Assembly: GCA_937625935.1 (NCBI GenBank)
Contig: OW569354.1
Span: 372,001 to 436,000, forward strand
Direction: 5' to 3'
Length of the DNA: 64,000 bases
Origin: Tetramitus jugosus
Taxonomy: Eukaryota > Protista > Heterolobosea
A program made the position numbers and the translations under genes. Positions 11,522-26,150 of this stretch are shown piece by piece (the stretch's first letter is position 1; every line of letters starts with the position of its first letter). Under the pieces are notes generated by a model. The model did no database searches. It was not told the origin of the DNA and saw only the letters and a program-made list of their open reading frames with translations.

Positions 11522-12451
11522 CTAGGTTCCTCCGGGCAGTTGAGAGGACTGAGCAACCTTGTTCTCATACTGCTCTTCCAATTGTTTCTTCATGCATTGA
11601 ACACGATACAATCTCTCGTCAATCACTTGTTCAGATGAGAAACTGTAATCGAATTGCAAATGAAGCTCTAATTCTTCCAAGTCTTCAATCACCTGTCTCA
11701 TAGTATCCATCTCCAAAGTAAAATGAATAAACTCATTCATTTTGGATTCTATCTCGTCAGCAAATGGTGGTAGAGTGAGATCCATTGGTTCATAGGCTGT
11801 TCTCTTGAGCTTTAATGTACTTTCAGGATGTGCCTTTGATTCTTCATTGGTGCTAGCAAAAGCAAGCAATGAGGAACAGTCACTGCTGCTGATGAAACAT
11901 GAAGAGCCGTTGGTTGAAGTTGTCAGAGAACACGACTCTGTAGAGGTCTTGATTATAGGAGAGATTGAACTAGACGAAGCTTCATCAGGACTTTGATTCT
12001 CATCTTGCATCAGCTCTTGCACATAATGTTCGTTGTTCCAGTTAATAGTATCATCTTCTTCTGGAGAAATACAATCAAACAGAAAATGAATGGATATAGG
12101 TACTGCCTTCATCAGTTGAAGTATCGCGTAGGCATCCACAGCTACAACTGCCATTGAATCAATCCTTTTACCTCTTATCAAGCTTTCTTGTTCAATGGTG
12201 GTTGAAGGTGTGAGAATCATGTGCTTTGGTTGAAGGATTTTGTCAATAGGAATGTGAATAATTTGACCCAATTCTAACATGCTCTTCATGGAGTGTTGGG
12301 ATGTTGACCCTTGTGTGTCCCTGCCAATTGGAAGAGAGTCAAAAACCAATCGAACAACAATGGATTGTTGGTCGAGGTTCATACACTGATAGAGCTCTGG
12401 GGAGAGCCGGCGAGTAATTTTCCAGTAGAAATGATACAACTGTTGAGTCAT
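11522..12451 (-). CDS. Hypothetical protein (309 aa; Ser-rich middle, C-terminal coiled coil)
   Basis: ATG-initiated long ORF filling the gap between the EF-hand gene and U2. No recognised domain. Confidence 0.6.
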   Translation of the reverse strand: MTQQLYHFYWKITRRLSPELYQCMNLDQQSIVVRLVFDSLPIGRDTQGSTSQHSMKSMLELGQIIHIPIDKILQPKHMILTPSTTIEQESLIRGKRIDSMAVVAVDAYAILQLMKAVPISIHFLFDCISPEEDDTINWNNEHYVQELMQDENQSPDEASSSSISPIIKTSTESCSLTTSTNGSSCFISSSDCSSLLAFASTNEESKAHPESTLKLKRTAYEPMDLTLPPFADEIESKMNEFIHFTLEMDTMRQVIEDLEELELHLQFDYSFSSEQVIDERLYRVQCMKKQLEEQYENKVAQSSQLPGGT

Positions 12452-12636
12452 GTCTCAAAAACTAGTTTCTTGTATTCTTCGCTTTTTTTGTCGGCGCTTC
12501 AACCAGAACGATGACCGATTCAAGTTTCAGTGTATCCGTTCTGTTCATGGCTCCAGACCCACACCAAAGTGAAGCAGAATCATTCCAGGTAGAAAAGATA
12601 AATATCGTTCATATTTTCTCTGGATCCTTTCACCAA

Positions 12637-12843
12637 ACACCTTCCTCGGCCTCTGGCTTGGATCAAGTGTAGTATCTGTTCTCGATAGTTGTAATATCTA
12701 TCGCAAAGTTTACGAGCTTTGTTTTATTACATTGAATTTGTTGAGTGCAGAACCATACTGACTGATGTTTCGCTCTAGTAGCTGAGACTCGTCGCAATGG
12801 TTCAAGGTTGCATTGGAATAGCACTATCCTCCTCTGCAGCCAA
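12637..12843 (+). ncRNA. U2: U2 spliceosomal snRNA
   Basis: 5' ACACCTTCCTCGGCCTCTGGCTTGGATCAAGTGTAGTATCTGTTC with branch-recognition GTAGTA (12669-12674). Stem IIa CGATAG/CTATCG has loop TGTAATA, complementary to downstream TATTACA (IIc). Also stem IIb, Sm-like AATTTGTTG, stem III GAACCAT/ATGGTTC and stem IV with a TAGCACTA loop. 3' end approximate. Confidence 0.95.
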
Positions 12844-13099
12844 GCTTTCCTAAACTAAAGAGAACAACTTCCACTAGGAAGAGATGACTTCTAGCCATAC
12901 AGACTCCTGGTACTAGATATTTGTGATCGATGACAAAGATTTCCATTGGGTTGATTCGATTGAACGAAGTTTACAAAAATGAGATGTTCAGGACATACTT
13001 CGTTTAGGACTTAAATTTATTCTGAAAGGAAACAACGATTTTCCTTGATTCGTCATTTCTTGATTACTGCAATGTTGCATGTTTACTAAAGGTTCAATA

Positions 13100-15349
13100 T
13101 TAAGGGTACTCGCTGAACTTTCTTCTATTGGACCTGAGAGACATACAATTGGTGTCCTCTTGTTCCTTTTCACTGTCATTCTCATGCTCGCTCGAATCTT
13201 TTGTTCTCTTCGCTCTCTTTCTCTTGTAGCTACTCGACACCGTAGCTTTCTTTTTTCTGGGTCCTGTGAAATCTGGATCGTCCCTGCTGTTACGCTCTTT
13301 GTTTACTTTGGCAATCATTTGTCCCACTTGAACCGCCTCTTCTGGAGCCAATCTCTGCAAAATGTTAGAATACACAGAACTTGAGTATCCATTAGTGCTC
13401 AAAGTTTTGAGCATGATATCATACGCAAACAAACCATCTCTATTTTTCAGATAGGTTTTGATTCCAGGCAAATCAAGCAATAATTGAAGCATACTTGGTA
13501 TGCATCTGATTGAGTGACAGGCAATGTGAAGAATTGTTTCTTCCTTTAGATTCGTTTGGTTGACATTCACTCCATAATGGCTGATAATGACCCTTGCAAT
13601 CTCTAATCGGCCCTTTTTCAGTGCCACATGCAGGTAAGTATTGCCCTCATCGTTGAGATATGATCGTACATTCTCAGACCCAATTTTGTCTAAAGCCAGG
13701 AGGGCAAGTTGCTCATCATCAGCATCTAATAGATTGAATACTCGATCTAGGAATTCTTTGTCATTCGATAGATCACCCGTTCCCTGCAACATCTTGCGAA
13801 GAACCCAAGGTCCCATTTCAGGCTTAAGACTATCATGAATGATGGTTTCTTGTGAGTTCAATGAGCAATCATGATTACAAAATAGTTGATATAATAGTGG
13901 AGCTTTTTCCACCCTTGTAAGCAAATTGGGAATACACTTGAAATCAAATCCAAAATTTGGCATCTGCTCAATCACCGAATAAGCCTTGTCTCCAACATGT
14001 GCCAAAATACTTGGTGACAGGACACGCAGAAACTCGCATTTCGTAAACTTTGGAAGGAAAAACTTGATAAACTCATCGTTTCTACAGGTTTTTGTTAGAA
14101 GTAGCTTCCAGTCCTTTTCTTGGAACCAAAAGAAGAACTCGTTGGGGTACTTGTTGTAGAGCTCCTCCAGATATCTCTTTCTGACGTTCCACTTACCAAA
14201 GTGCAACACCATATACAAGTAGCTTCTTTGTCCATCGAGCACCACGGTTTTTGGCGACAGTCCACATCGGATCAAGTCATCGAATGCAAGTTCCTTTTTT
14301 GATTGATACCAACAAGGGTAAACATTCAACTCGAAATCCTCGCTAATCGTTGGTGGATGACACAACAATCGATTATAAGCTGGAACATCAATAATCATAT
14401 CTCGTGCCTCCTGATAATTGCCTGATAATAATTTCTCTACAATCTCCTGCTTTGTTCTGGTCAACAGTTGAATGTCCTCCAAACATTTTGCTGCATCTCT
14501 ATCCCTCAGCTTCGAATTGTACACATTCAATTGTTTCAGTTTGGGGAAGTATCGTAGGACATCAGTTAGTGTGTGCATTAATTTTCCTCTCTCAATCCTT
14601 CGTTCCTTGGTTGACACTTTTTTGCCCTTTTTGTCTTCTCCATCTTCTGTTTCATCACTCGAACTATCACTGTCTTCACTATCACTCGAACCAACCTCTA
14701 CATAGCGTCTGTCGTGAGAATAGTTCCCTGGAAACATCTCCGCACTTGTCGGTATCAAAAACAGGTTAATTATCACAAGTTGTCCAGGATTGTATCTTGT
14801 GACCCCGGTCAGCGCTGACACCAAGGCAGCATTCAAATGAGGAATATGATCAATCCATGGTGGACTACATCTAATGTCCTTTGGATATGTCAACTCCTTC
14901 AAACTGTGATAACGACTCGACAGACGTTCAATATGGAGAAGGGAAGAACTGGACAACACAAGAGTCCGAATTTTGCTCTTGATGCACTTGTCCTCCACCT
15001 TGCTTTCAAGCAATGAGGGAGAATAGTACCATACTACCTTCTGTGGATCGTATGACGAAATATTGAGACATGTCATCTCAGAGAAGAGAAAGGACAATCG
15101 ATAAGCAAAGTACTTGCTTAACGTTCTCAGAGAAAAGTAGCTTTTAAAAAAAGTCCATTTATAGATGGGATTATCAGTCAAAAGGCATGCAACAAACAAC
15201 AAACAAAACACATACTATGGCAATGAGGGTAGATAGGAAAAGATGACCAATTGAACATCTTGTGGAATGATGAAAAAATCAATTGTGGTAGAAGCGTCAT
15301 CATTGTTGTTTGCCATGCCCCAATCTTCATCATTCGCTGTTGTTGCCAT
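13100..15349 (-). CDS. F-box + ankyrin-repeat protein, 2 exons (intron 15141-15215)
   Basis: Exon 1 (ATG at 15349, absent from the ORF track) splices via GTATGT...AAAAG to give the F-box IPQDVQLVIFSYLPSLPYYFSLRTLSKYF. C-terminal ankyrin repeats EGNTYLHVALKKG, EETILHIAC and NRDGLFAYDI, then a basic NLS-like tail. Confidence 0.85.
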
Positions 15350-15686
15350 TGGTTATCTTGCTTTTCTCCTATTTTTCGGTTATTTTTTAACAGTTGAGGC
15401 ATCCTGTCACATAGTTTTTGAAATCTTGGACAAGTAACACCTCCTTGACAAACAAGTGGTTGATTTGTACCTCTTCCAACATTAGTGACGTAAGAACAAG
15501 CCACTGAGGAAGAACGTTTTTTATGGTATTCAGTTAGAAGGTTGACCAAATCGCGGAGTCTGGAGTTTCTCAACTCCAGCTCCGTTGAACTTTTTCATTT
15601 TAAAGGATCAAGGCTGCAACATCTTTCTCTCATAATACACACCAAAACAAAAACTAAACTATAATATTAACCAATATTCATTCGCC

Positions 15687-16634
15687 ATGTTGAAATTATC
15701 TGCTCTCTTGATTGCCTTGTTCTGCCTGCTCGGGGTTGCCTTCTCTGCACTGTCATTGAATGACCCCGAGTTGATTCGTACGATTAACTCTCATCCAACT
15801 GCCGCATGGAAGGCCACATCCTATGAAAGATTCCAAAACAAGACTATTAGTGATGTTGGTCACATGTTCGGTGCTTACTTGACCAATTCCATCAGACCAT
15901 CCATGTACGCTGTCAGTCAACCAACAGACAAGAGTTCTTTGAAGAGTATCCCAAGCAGCTTTGACGCGCGTGACCAATGGCCAAAGTGCATCCACCCAAT
16001 CAGAAACCAACAACAATGTGGTAGCTGCTGGGCGTTCTCATCCTCCGAGATGTTGAGCGATCGATTCTGTATTGCATCAAAGGGCGCAATCAACACTGTT
16101 CTTTCGCCTCAATTCATGGTCAGCTGTGACAAGTATGACATGGGATGCCATGGTGGAAACATGGACACTTTGTGGAAGTTCCTTTCCACCACTGGAACTG
16201 TTGAAGACGATTGCTTGCCATATGTCTCTGGTAAGGGACACGTTCCAAGCTGCAGCAACACATGTGCCAATGGTGATGCAATGAAGTTCTACAAGGCAAA
16301 TCCAAGATCTATCAAGAACTTCCGCTCCAACGATATCCAATCGGTTCAACAAGACATTTTGACCAATGGTCCTATCATGTCTGGATTCATGGTCTATCAA
16401 GACTTTATGCAATATTCATCTGGTGTCTACCATCACGTTAGTGGAAGCTTGTTGGGTGGTCATGCCATCAAGATTGTTGGTTGGGGAATTGATTCTCAAT
16501 CAAAGTTGCCATACTGGATCGTTGCCAACTCATGGGGAGCAGATTGGGGAATGAATGGTTTCTTCTGGATCAAGAGAGGTTCCAATGAGTGCCAGCTTGA
16601 GAACTACATGTACACTGCTGAAGCTCAACTCTAA
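15687..16634 (+). CDS. Cathepsin B-like cysteine protease (papain family C1A) precursor
   Basis: Signal peptide, short cathepsin-B-type propeptide, FDARDQWP, QQQCGSCWAFS (Cys), GGHAIKIVGWG (His), YWIVANSWG (Asn). The His-His occluding loop is not evident. Confidence 0.95.
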   Translation: MLKLSALLIALFCLLGVAFSALSLNDPELIRTINSHPTAAWKATSYERFQNKTISDVGHMFGAYLTNSIRPSMYAVSQPTDKSSLKSIPSSFDARDQWPKCIHPIRNQQQCGSCWAFSSSEMLSDRFCIASKGAINTVLSPQFMVSCDKYDMGCHGGNMDTLWKFLSTTGTVEDDCLPYVSGKGHVPSCSNTCANGDAMKFYKANPRSIKNFRSNDIQSVQQDILTNGPIMSGFMVYQDFMQYSSGVYHHVSGSLLGGHAIKIVGWGIDSQSKLPYWIVANSWGADWGMNGFFWIKRGSNECQLENYMYTAEAQL

Positions 16635-17408
16635 ATATGAGATTAATAAAGCAAAGGAATGCATGCTACCTTTTGATGTGAGATTCCTAATTGTGATTAG
16701 CTTATCAAGAAACTGATAAACACAGGCTGAATGAACTCTAGCATATCCTGCAGGGGTGTTTCAATTAATAACAAGGAGCCACCGAACCCATAAGCTCTCC
16801 CTTCTCCATCAGACACTATGCTATGTGCTCCCCTTTTGATTGTTCATAAACAAAGTGACGATTCCAATAGATACATGAACAGGATGTTCTTTTAGCATAG
16901 GCCTCTGTAAAGCTACTTACGTTGATAAATCATGTACTGGGTCAATCCATCTTTTAATCTTCATATCTAATTTATTGGTAAGTCAGAAATGTATGGTGGA
17001 AGAGGCCCCATGCAACTTTTGATGATCTGTGAACATTTGATCTGGGTAAACACAGAAATGGCTGAAAGAGAGTGACCCAATCGAACCCATTCAAAGGTAG
17101 TGGAGATCAAAGGTTCCAAGCCAAAGATCCTAATTGCACTGGACTGCGTTCGAACCAAACAATCTGTAGATGACGGAATTTTGTATTTTATTTGGCAACA
17201 CTGCAGGCCAGTCAGCGAATCTAATCTGTTTACTTGAAGAACAACAAAATACCACTCCAATTGTATCGGGCATCACTCCGCTGTGTGATTGTTATTCACA
17301 GAATAAAATTCTCTCAGCACCCGATGACACGAAACGATTCAACTCAGATCTCGAGCAAGAAGACTTCTTACAGATCTTCTTCTTCGAACACAAAAATAAA
17401 TCAAAACA

Positions 17409-17786
17409 ATGTCAAGCACAAACAACGACAATAACAAACCAAAGTCTTTTCATGAAATCTACACAGAGTACATTGAATCCAATGATTATCCCTACATTGA
17501 AAAGTTGCCTTCACATGAAACAATGAACCTGAGACTGGATTTCGAGCAAGCCATGGACCGGATCATGTCCAGTTGTGGTCTGGAGATTGAGTTGAACGAG
17601 TCTGGATGCAAGGTTTATCCGTCAAAGATTGGAGAACACAGAGTCAATCCAAAATCGATCCTCTCCAGTTGCTTTGACAACATTTTTGGAGGTCAATTGG
17701 ATGCCAAGGGAGGTGAAGATGAGGAGGAGAGCTGGGGCGAGAGTGATGAGCATGATGATGGTAGTGACGATGACGATGTTGATTAA
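17409..17786 (+). CDS. Small hypothetical protein with acidic C-terminus
   Basis: ATG preceded by an A-rich leader (AAAACAATG) like other genes here. 125 aa with a Asp/Glu-rich tail. Confidence 0.6.
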   Translation: MSSTNNDNNKPKSFHEIYTEYIESNDYPYIEKLPSHETMNLRLDFEQAMDRIMSSCGLEIELNESGCKVYPSKIGEHRVNPKSILSSCFDNIFGGQLDAKGGEDEEESWGESDEHDDGSDDDDVD

Positions 17787-18051
17787 GCGAATATATGCAA
17801 AGCGAATCGAAAAGGAAGGAGTTCAAAAATCGGTTGTTCGAATTTATTTTGTTTGTTGGGTTGGTCCTGTCAGCTCGAATTCTGAACTCGAGATCCAAAA
17901 ATTGTAAGTTGCCTGGGTGAGAGAAAAGCCAATAAAGGTGTTCTTTGGTCAGGTGATGTTGTTAGTTGGTCGATCATTGTAATTTCTTTTGGGACATACT
18001 CTTACTCGATCAAAAGCATGTGCCAAAAGAAACTGATAGTGAAGAATTGAT

Positions 18052-21000
18052 TTAAACTATCATTGGTGATGGTTCATTGAGAGGAACACTCGCTTCTGCA
18101 TGCATACTCATTGGTGTCATTGGTGTCAATGGTGTCAATGGAGATGATGGTTGGAGCTCTACATCTTGTGCCGTCGTTGGTCTTCTCAGCAAAATCTTCA
18201 AGTGCGGCTGTGCATACTTGTTTGCATAGACGGCTTCGTTTGTTACAAGTGTGTTTGTCGATCTCTTATTTCCTCGTCTGTTGTACACGTAGACCATGAC
18301 AGAAATGACACTGAGGGCAATGGCCACGAAAATGATAGAACCAAATGCGAGCAACAAGCTCAGAGATGGATGGAACAACATGGCAGCCGCACCAAATACG
18401 AGCAACAGTACACTCACAAGTGCAAACTCTATTCTTCCTGTTCCCACAGCTCTCTGATAAAAGTACAAGAGCAGGAATGTATCAACGAAGTATGTCATGA
18501 TGAAGAATGCGACTCCAGGTATGAAAATCAATGGAATTCTGATACCTGTCACTGCAATGATGAAAAAGTTTGTGAGTGCACTCGTGTAGGACACATTGAA
18601 CTCGAACGGAATTCTTTCAGGTTCTCCACTCGTCATGATGTAACTCAAAGTTACTTTAGCCACGCATCCCAATAACTCAATTCCCTTGTAGAAGAATAAG
18701 TATGATAAAATAAACTAATAGATACATGGATTGAGTTGTTAGTTCTCTGTTATGATATGTACACCTTTTCACTTAAATTGTAATCAAACATACCTGTATC
18801 AATGCCAATCCAGTGTTGCTATAGAAGGACTCTGGATGAACTCGCTCCACTTGATAGTCACCCAAGAAAGGAATCGTCAAATAGAATGGAATAATGATTG
18901 CAACAGATTTGAGCAGGTAGGAAGCAGACGCCTTGGATTTGGACTTCATTCTCTCTAAGCCCGTAACGGTCCTCATGACAAGATTTGATATTTCTCCAGC
19001 AATTGTCAAAAAGACAGAGAAGACAGAACTGGCAAATCCCAGTACAACTGGAATCAGCCACTTTAGAAATGCAGCAGATCTCATAATCACAAATGATTGT
19101 CTGTATCGCAAGCCACTGAACAATCCATATACACCAAACCGGAAGAAGTACACCAAAAGTGCACCAACCAACAATGCATAAACAATAAAGTATGCAATAT
19201 AAACCGTTGTTGCACCAAACACGTTTCTCCTTGTACTGTCATAGATATTATTCCAGTTTACATCTTCAGGCTCCCAAGTTACTTGTCTCATTTTCCAAGT
19301 ATCAACTGAACATGATATCTCATCACTAAATGGTGTTTTAGTTCTATTCTTTCGAGTCATACTCTTATATATGACCTTACACTTCCTGAGAGCAAGAACA
19401 GACTTGAATGTAATAAAAGCCTGAGTTGTGGACACTGGGTGACTTTCAATCTTTTTGAACATAGCCTTTCGTGAATTATTAAGTCTTTTTGCACGAGCTC
19501 GTGCGATAAATCCCTCCTTACTGCTCGATGAACTGTTAATAGTTTGTTCCAACTGATACTGTGTATCAATGTCACTCATAATATGGGACATATCGGCAAT
19601 AAGATTTACAGACAAAACAAGATCTGTATCTACCATTTCAGCCACAGCCTTATCTTCAGGATTCTTTGTCGCCTCTTTCTTCATTTCTTTTCTCAGAACT
19701 TGATTAAAATGATGCATGAGCAACTTCTCTCTCCTTTCAATATCAATTGAATTGGTAATGTAAGCACGTCCTTCGCTATCCTCTCCAATATTGATGCTCA
19801 TGACAGGCAAGTGACGCAATCGCGCAGTAAATACTGAAGACTCATATCTTCTCTTATAAAAAGTCAATCGAATGCTGAATGTATAAACAGCTACCGTAAT
19901 AAGGAAGAATAAAACACCAACAACATAATGAGCAATCGAAACACGTCCAGTTGTGTCAATTGATCCAAACGTTGTCACGGCCAAATCAATGACTGCCTGA
20001 ACCTTGTAGTTATAAACAATATTGATTGGTAGAATGATTGCTAGTGCCAAAACGGCATACAATAGCACAATCAACACAATTCTACGATAAAATTTCCAAT
20101 AGTAATACCCTCGAAGACCACTATTGGCAATGATTGTGTCCGAATTGTATTTCCAGAATTGCGAAATATTATGGATGCGACCTAGTGTTCCACTCATCTT
20201 TGCTTCGTTCACTGCAGTTTCATCAATAATCTCTCCAGACTCATTCTTCAAATCGTTCAACTCCTGTCGTTCCTTCTCCTCATAAGCCTCTTGACTCAGT
20301 TGCTTCGAGTCAACAAACGGACAGAATACAGTATATATGGAAATGAGAATCAATCCAACGAAAAAAATGGGTAATCCAGCATACAGATAAATACCCAATA
20401 CAGCATCTCTCCAAACAGGGGTCACAGTAATCTTACTAGGCAGAGGATAAAACAAACAAACAGGCTCGTTTTCATTCTCTTCATTCACCAGTGCCACCAT
20501 TACACCCATTCGGTAAGATCCTCTCTCGGCGTGCAATCCAATATTTGTTGGCAACAAGTGCAACAACATTTTTTGGTTTTTGTGGTTCGATCGATGCACC
20601 TCAAAACTTCCATCTTCCTCACTGAACGTATAATTGGTCATCTTTGCTTCAAAACCAACACTAGAAAACATGATAAATGGATTGACTGATTTTCCCGGGC
20701 TACTGCCAATCATGTATGCACCTACAATCAACTTTGTGCGATTCACTGAATCATCCTTTGGTCTAAAAGCCGTTAGCTCATGAACCACTCTGTGCATCAA
20801 CTCGTCTTCTGTCCACTGACTCACATCATTTCCAATCGTGTCTCCCTCCCTTGCATCCAACCCTAGTTTTTCACTGTCATTGCTCGGACGAAAATACGCG
20901 CGAAAAAATTCGCTCGCAATCGGCAAAATTGGCTGTTTCTGTAAACCGGCGGGTTGTAAATTTCGAGTCGATAACGAATAGGGCAAATAAATTTGAGAGA

Positions 21001-21610
21001 ATTGTGCGCCAATGACACACTGACTCACGTCGTTCACCTCGAGTGCGCAACCTCTCAGCACATTCGACTCAGAATCGAGAGAAGCTTGATTTTTCACACC
21101 AATCGTATTGTAAAACAATGTGTTGGCACTTGTTGGACGCACACCGACTGTGCCAATCGATTGAATCTTTTCTGCACCACTCAGCGTAAACATGTCCTTT
21201 AGTTTTTGCATGTGAGGCGAGTGCGGATCCTGCTGTGGAAAGCTGGGAGAGGGTCGCGACAGCGATGATGAACTCGCAAATTCTTGCATGGTGCAGTTGA
21301 GAGATTGGTCAATGCAAGTCAAGGTATGTGCGCACCATTTGCATGTGCTATTGTTGTCAGTGGTTGATGTTGTTGTTGTGTAATTGGATAGGCATGCGAA
21401 ACATGTAAAGCGAGAAGAGCACTGTGATGTTGTTGTTGTTGTTGAATCGCTATTGTTGGCCAACGCACTGACACTGAATCGTTGTTGTTGTTGTTGAATC
21501 AGAATAAATGTGAAAAACAACGAGAGCGTCCACAGTAAGAGGAGAAAAGTGTTGTTGTTACTGGGTGATAGACACCGATTGCTCGTCGATTTCCTATGCG
21601 AGAACAACAT
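18052..21610 (-). CDS. OSCA/CSC1/TMEM63-type mechanosensitive channel with N-terminal PSI-containing ectodomain, 2 exons (intron 18685-18793)
   Basis: CSC1 hallmarks IILPIN, FTARLRHLP, AFITFKS, WEPEDVNWNNI and PFEFNVSY...PLIFIPG.AFF..TYFVDTFLLLYFY. N-terminal hydrophobic signal followed by the PSI pattern C...TCFACL...CKWC...C. The GTATGT...ACAAG intron joins LIQ|GIELLG in frame. Confidence 0.85.
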
Positions 21611-21893
21611 GTAATTATTATAGCTTGTTTATATCTCTCTAGGGGTTGTTGTTCTGTTGTTGGTGGTTCGAAGTCCGATAAATTGTGAACTCTTGACTGG
21701 TGGCGTCAAATCGACAGCGGCCATTTCAGGGGTGTCTAAGATATGACCGTTGCCCACTTTTTAGGCGGGATGGCCAGATGGAGAATTGCCAAACAGGACG
21801 GTGAAAAATTGAAGCTGGATCTCGCTATGATAGCAACAGCGGAATGGAACAAGAACTAAGGCATGAAAATTCAATACATTTTGTTTTATGAGT

Positions 21894-24401
<2,508 letters not shown>

Positions 24402-25031
24402 TTATATACAGCGTTTCTGGCAAAAGTAATTGCTACGTGAATTGAAAGTTTAGTATGTTGTTTTGATGAAACGATCGTTATTTGTGAGAGTTGCACGGTT
24501 GGTACCTACCTCTTGTGTTTGTTTGTTGCGGTGTGTTTTGCAGAATTGTTGCTTTGATGGTGTGAACTTAAGCTTTTTTGATCGCTCTCACAAGCTGTTG
24601 TTGTAATGAACTTGATCTATTTTTGTTTGGCTTCCGAATGAGAGGATTACAACGCACCTTGCAAATTACAAGATTTCTGTCATGGAACACGCGGCTTTTT
24701 CTGGCAGGAATATACAGTGGGAATAACGTACATTCGAATGGAACCAAATCGTTGAGCACCCCAGGGTACTGTGGGATTCACTGGTGGAGAATGAAGAGTC
24801 TAATTCTTCTCGAACTCTTGTAAGAGTTTTTCAAACGGTCATGAACTACTGACCTGCTGGGAAGCAATCTTGATCAAGGTATGACTACCAAAAAGAATGA
24901 CAGGAAGAAACAGAATGGTTAATGATTCTTTTGAATATTCCGTCTCAGATTCCAACCAGAGCAGCATTTCTTCCATTGACGCAGATTGAACCGCAAGCAA
25001 CAAACAAGAAACGAGTCGACTGCAAATAAAC

Positions 25032-25829
25032 ATGACAATTATACAAGACATTTCTTCAACGTCATCATGGAGGCCCATTTTTGACAATGACACAAAAACA
25101 AACAACGCTGTGAGCTTGAACAATCCATTCTTCTCCACATGCGTCCATCATCATTCCTCCAACATGACAACTTTATCATCGTACGATTCTCATCTCATTC
25201 TACTCAATCGCGTGTGCTCTCTCAAGGGCAAAAAACGCCGGAAAAATCGCATTGCTCAAATACGCCACATTGAAGAACAACAACAAGCAACAACAAAAAA
25301 CAATTATCATCATTTCACGAATGCTGCTGACGACGACGACGACGAGAACAATGTCATATTTTCCAATGAAGAAGAACAAAAATGGATAGAGTCCACAGTT
25401 TCTTTCCTCTATTCACGTGCATGCAATCATCACAATGTTCATTATAGCAATAGTAGCAGTAGCAGTAGTAGTAGTATTAGTAGTACTGAGTTAGTGTTGG
25501 CCAATAGCTATAACAATAACGATAAGAACAATGCTATGCATGTACCATATGACTATTATCGATCGACACAACGCGATTCAAGAAAACAATTGCGTCAAAG
25601 AGTGATGAAGTGGGTTGCGCGACATTATCAATACAGCAAAAAGTGCCCTAGACCTGTTTTTCAATGCAATAGAGACGATGTGAACAATGAACGCAGAGAC
25701 GATAGAAAAGCACTTGTGCCAATCATGTTTCAAAGACAGTACAATATTGGAGTCTCGGTGGATCGGTTAATGCGTTTGTTTACGAATATTGATTTGAATG
25801 ATGACCGATTCTTTGAAGAAGTTGATTAA
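25032..25829 (+). CDS. Hypothetical protein (265 aa) with low-complexity tracts
   Basis: ATG ORF with poly-D/S/N tracts typical of genes here and basic segments. No domain recognised. Confidence 0.6.
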   Translation: MTIIQDISSTSSWRPIFDNDTKTNNAVSLNNPFFSTCVHHHSSNMTTLSSYDSHLILLNRVCSLKGKKRRKNRIAQIRHIEEQQQATTKNNYHHFTNAADDDDDENNVIFSNEEEQKWIESTVSFLYSRACNHHNVHYSNSSSSSSSSISSTELVLANSYNNNDKNNAMHVPYDYYRSTQRDSRKQLRQRVMKWVARHYQYSKKCPRPVFQCNRDDVNNERRDDRKALVPIMFQRQYNIGVSVDRLMRLFTNIDLNDDRFFEEVD

Positions 25830-26150
25830 GAGGAGGGCATTGCATTTTGACATGTGTACGATATTATCTAGGTAGTTACAAACAAATAGGCATAAAAAAT
25901 GAATTCAAATATTTCCTGTGTAGTCACATACGCACACTTGCTTGTAATCATCTTGTACGGCGGGTGTTGTATGTTTGATCGTGCAGTGTGTTGTGTTTTC
26001 GATCGCGTAACCTTTACATTTTCATTTTCAGACAATTTACAAAAAAGGATTATTTTTACTCGGATCAGTCAACCAGAAGATACAACAAGTCAGCAATAGA
26101 GAAAGCTCACTTCAACGACAATACAAACAATCAAGTAACATAAAACAAAT

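Noticed and set aside
13631-13641. ATACTTACCTG on the minus strand, identical to the U1 snRNA 5' end
   Set aside because: It lies in frame inside the ankyrin repeat (GNTYLHV), and no U1 stem-loops or Sm site follow.
15178-15573. 131-aa ORF as the first exon of the ankyrin gene
   Set aside because: Wrong frame; the alternative frame from ATG 15349 gives an F-box and splices in frame.
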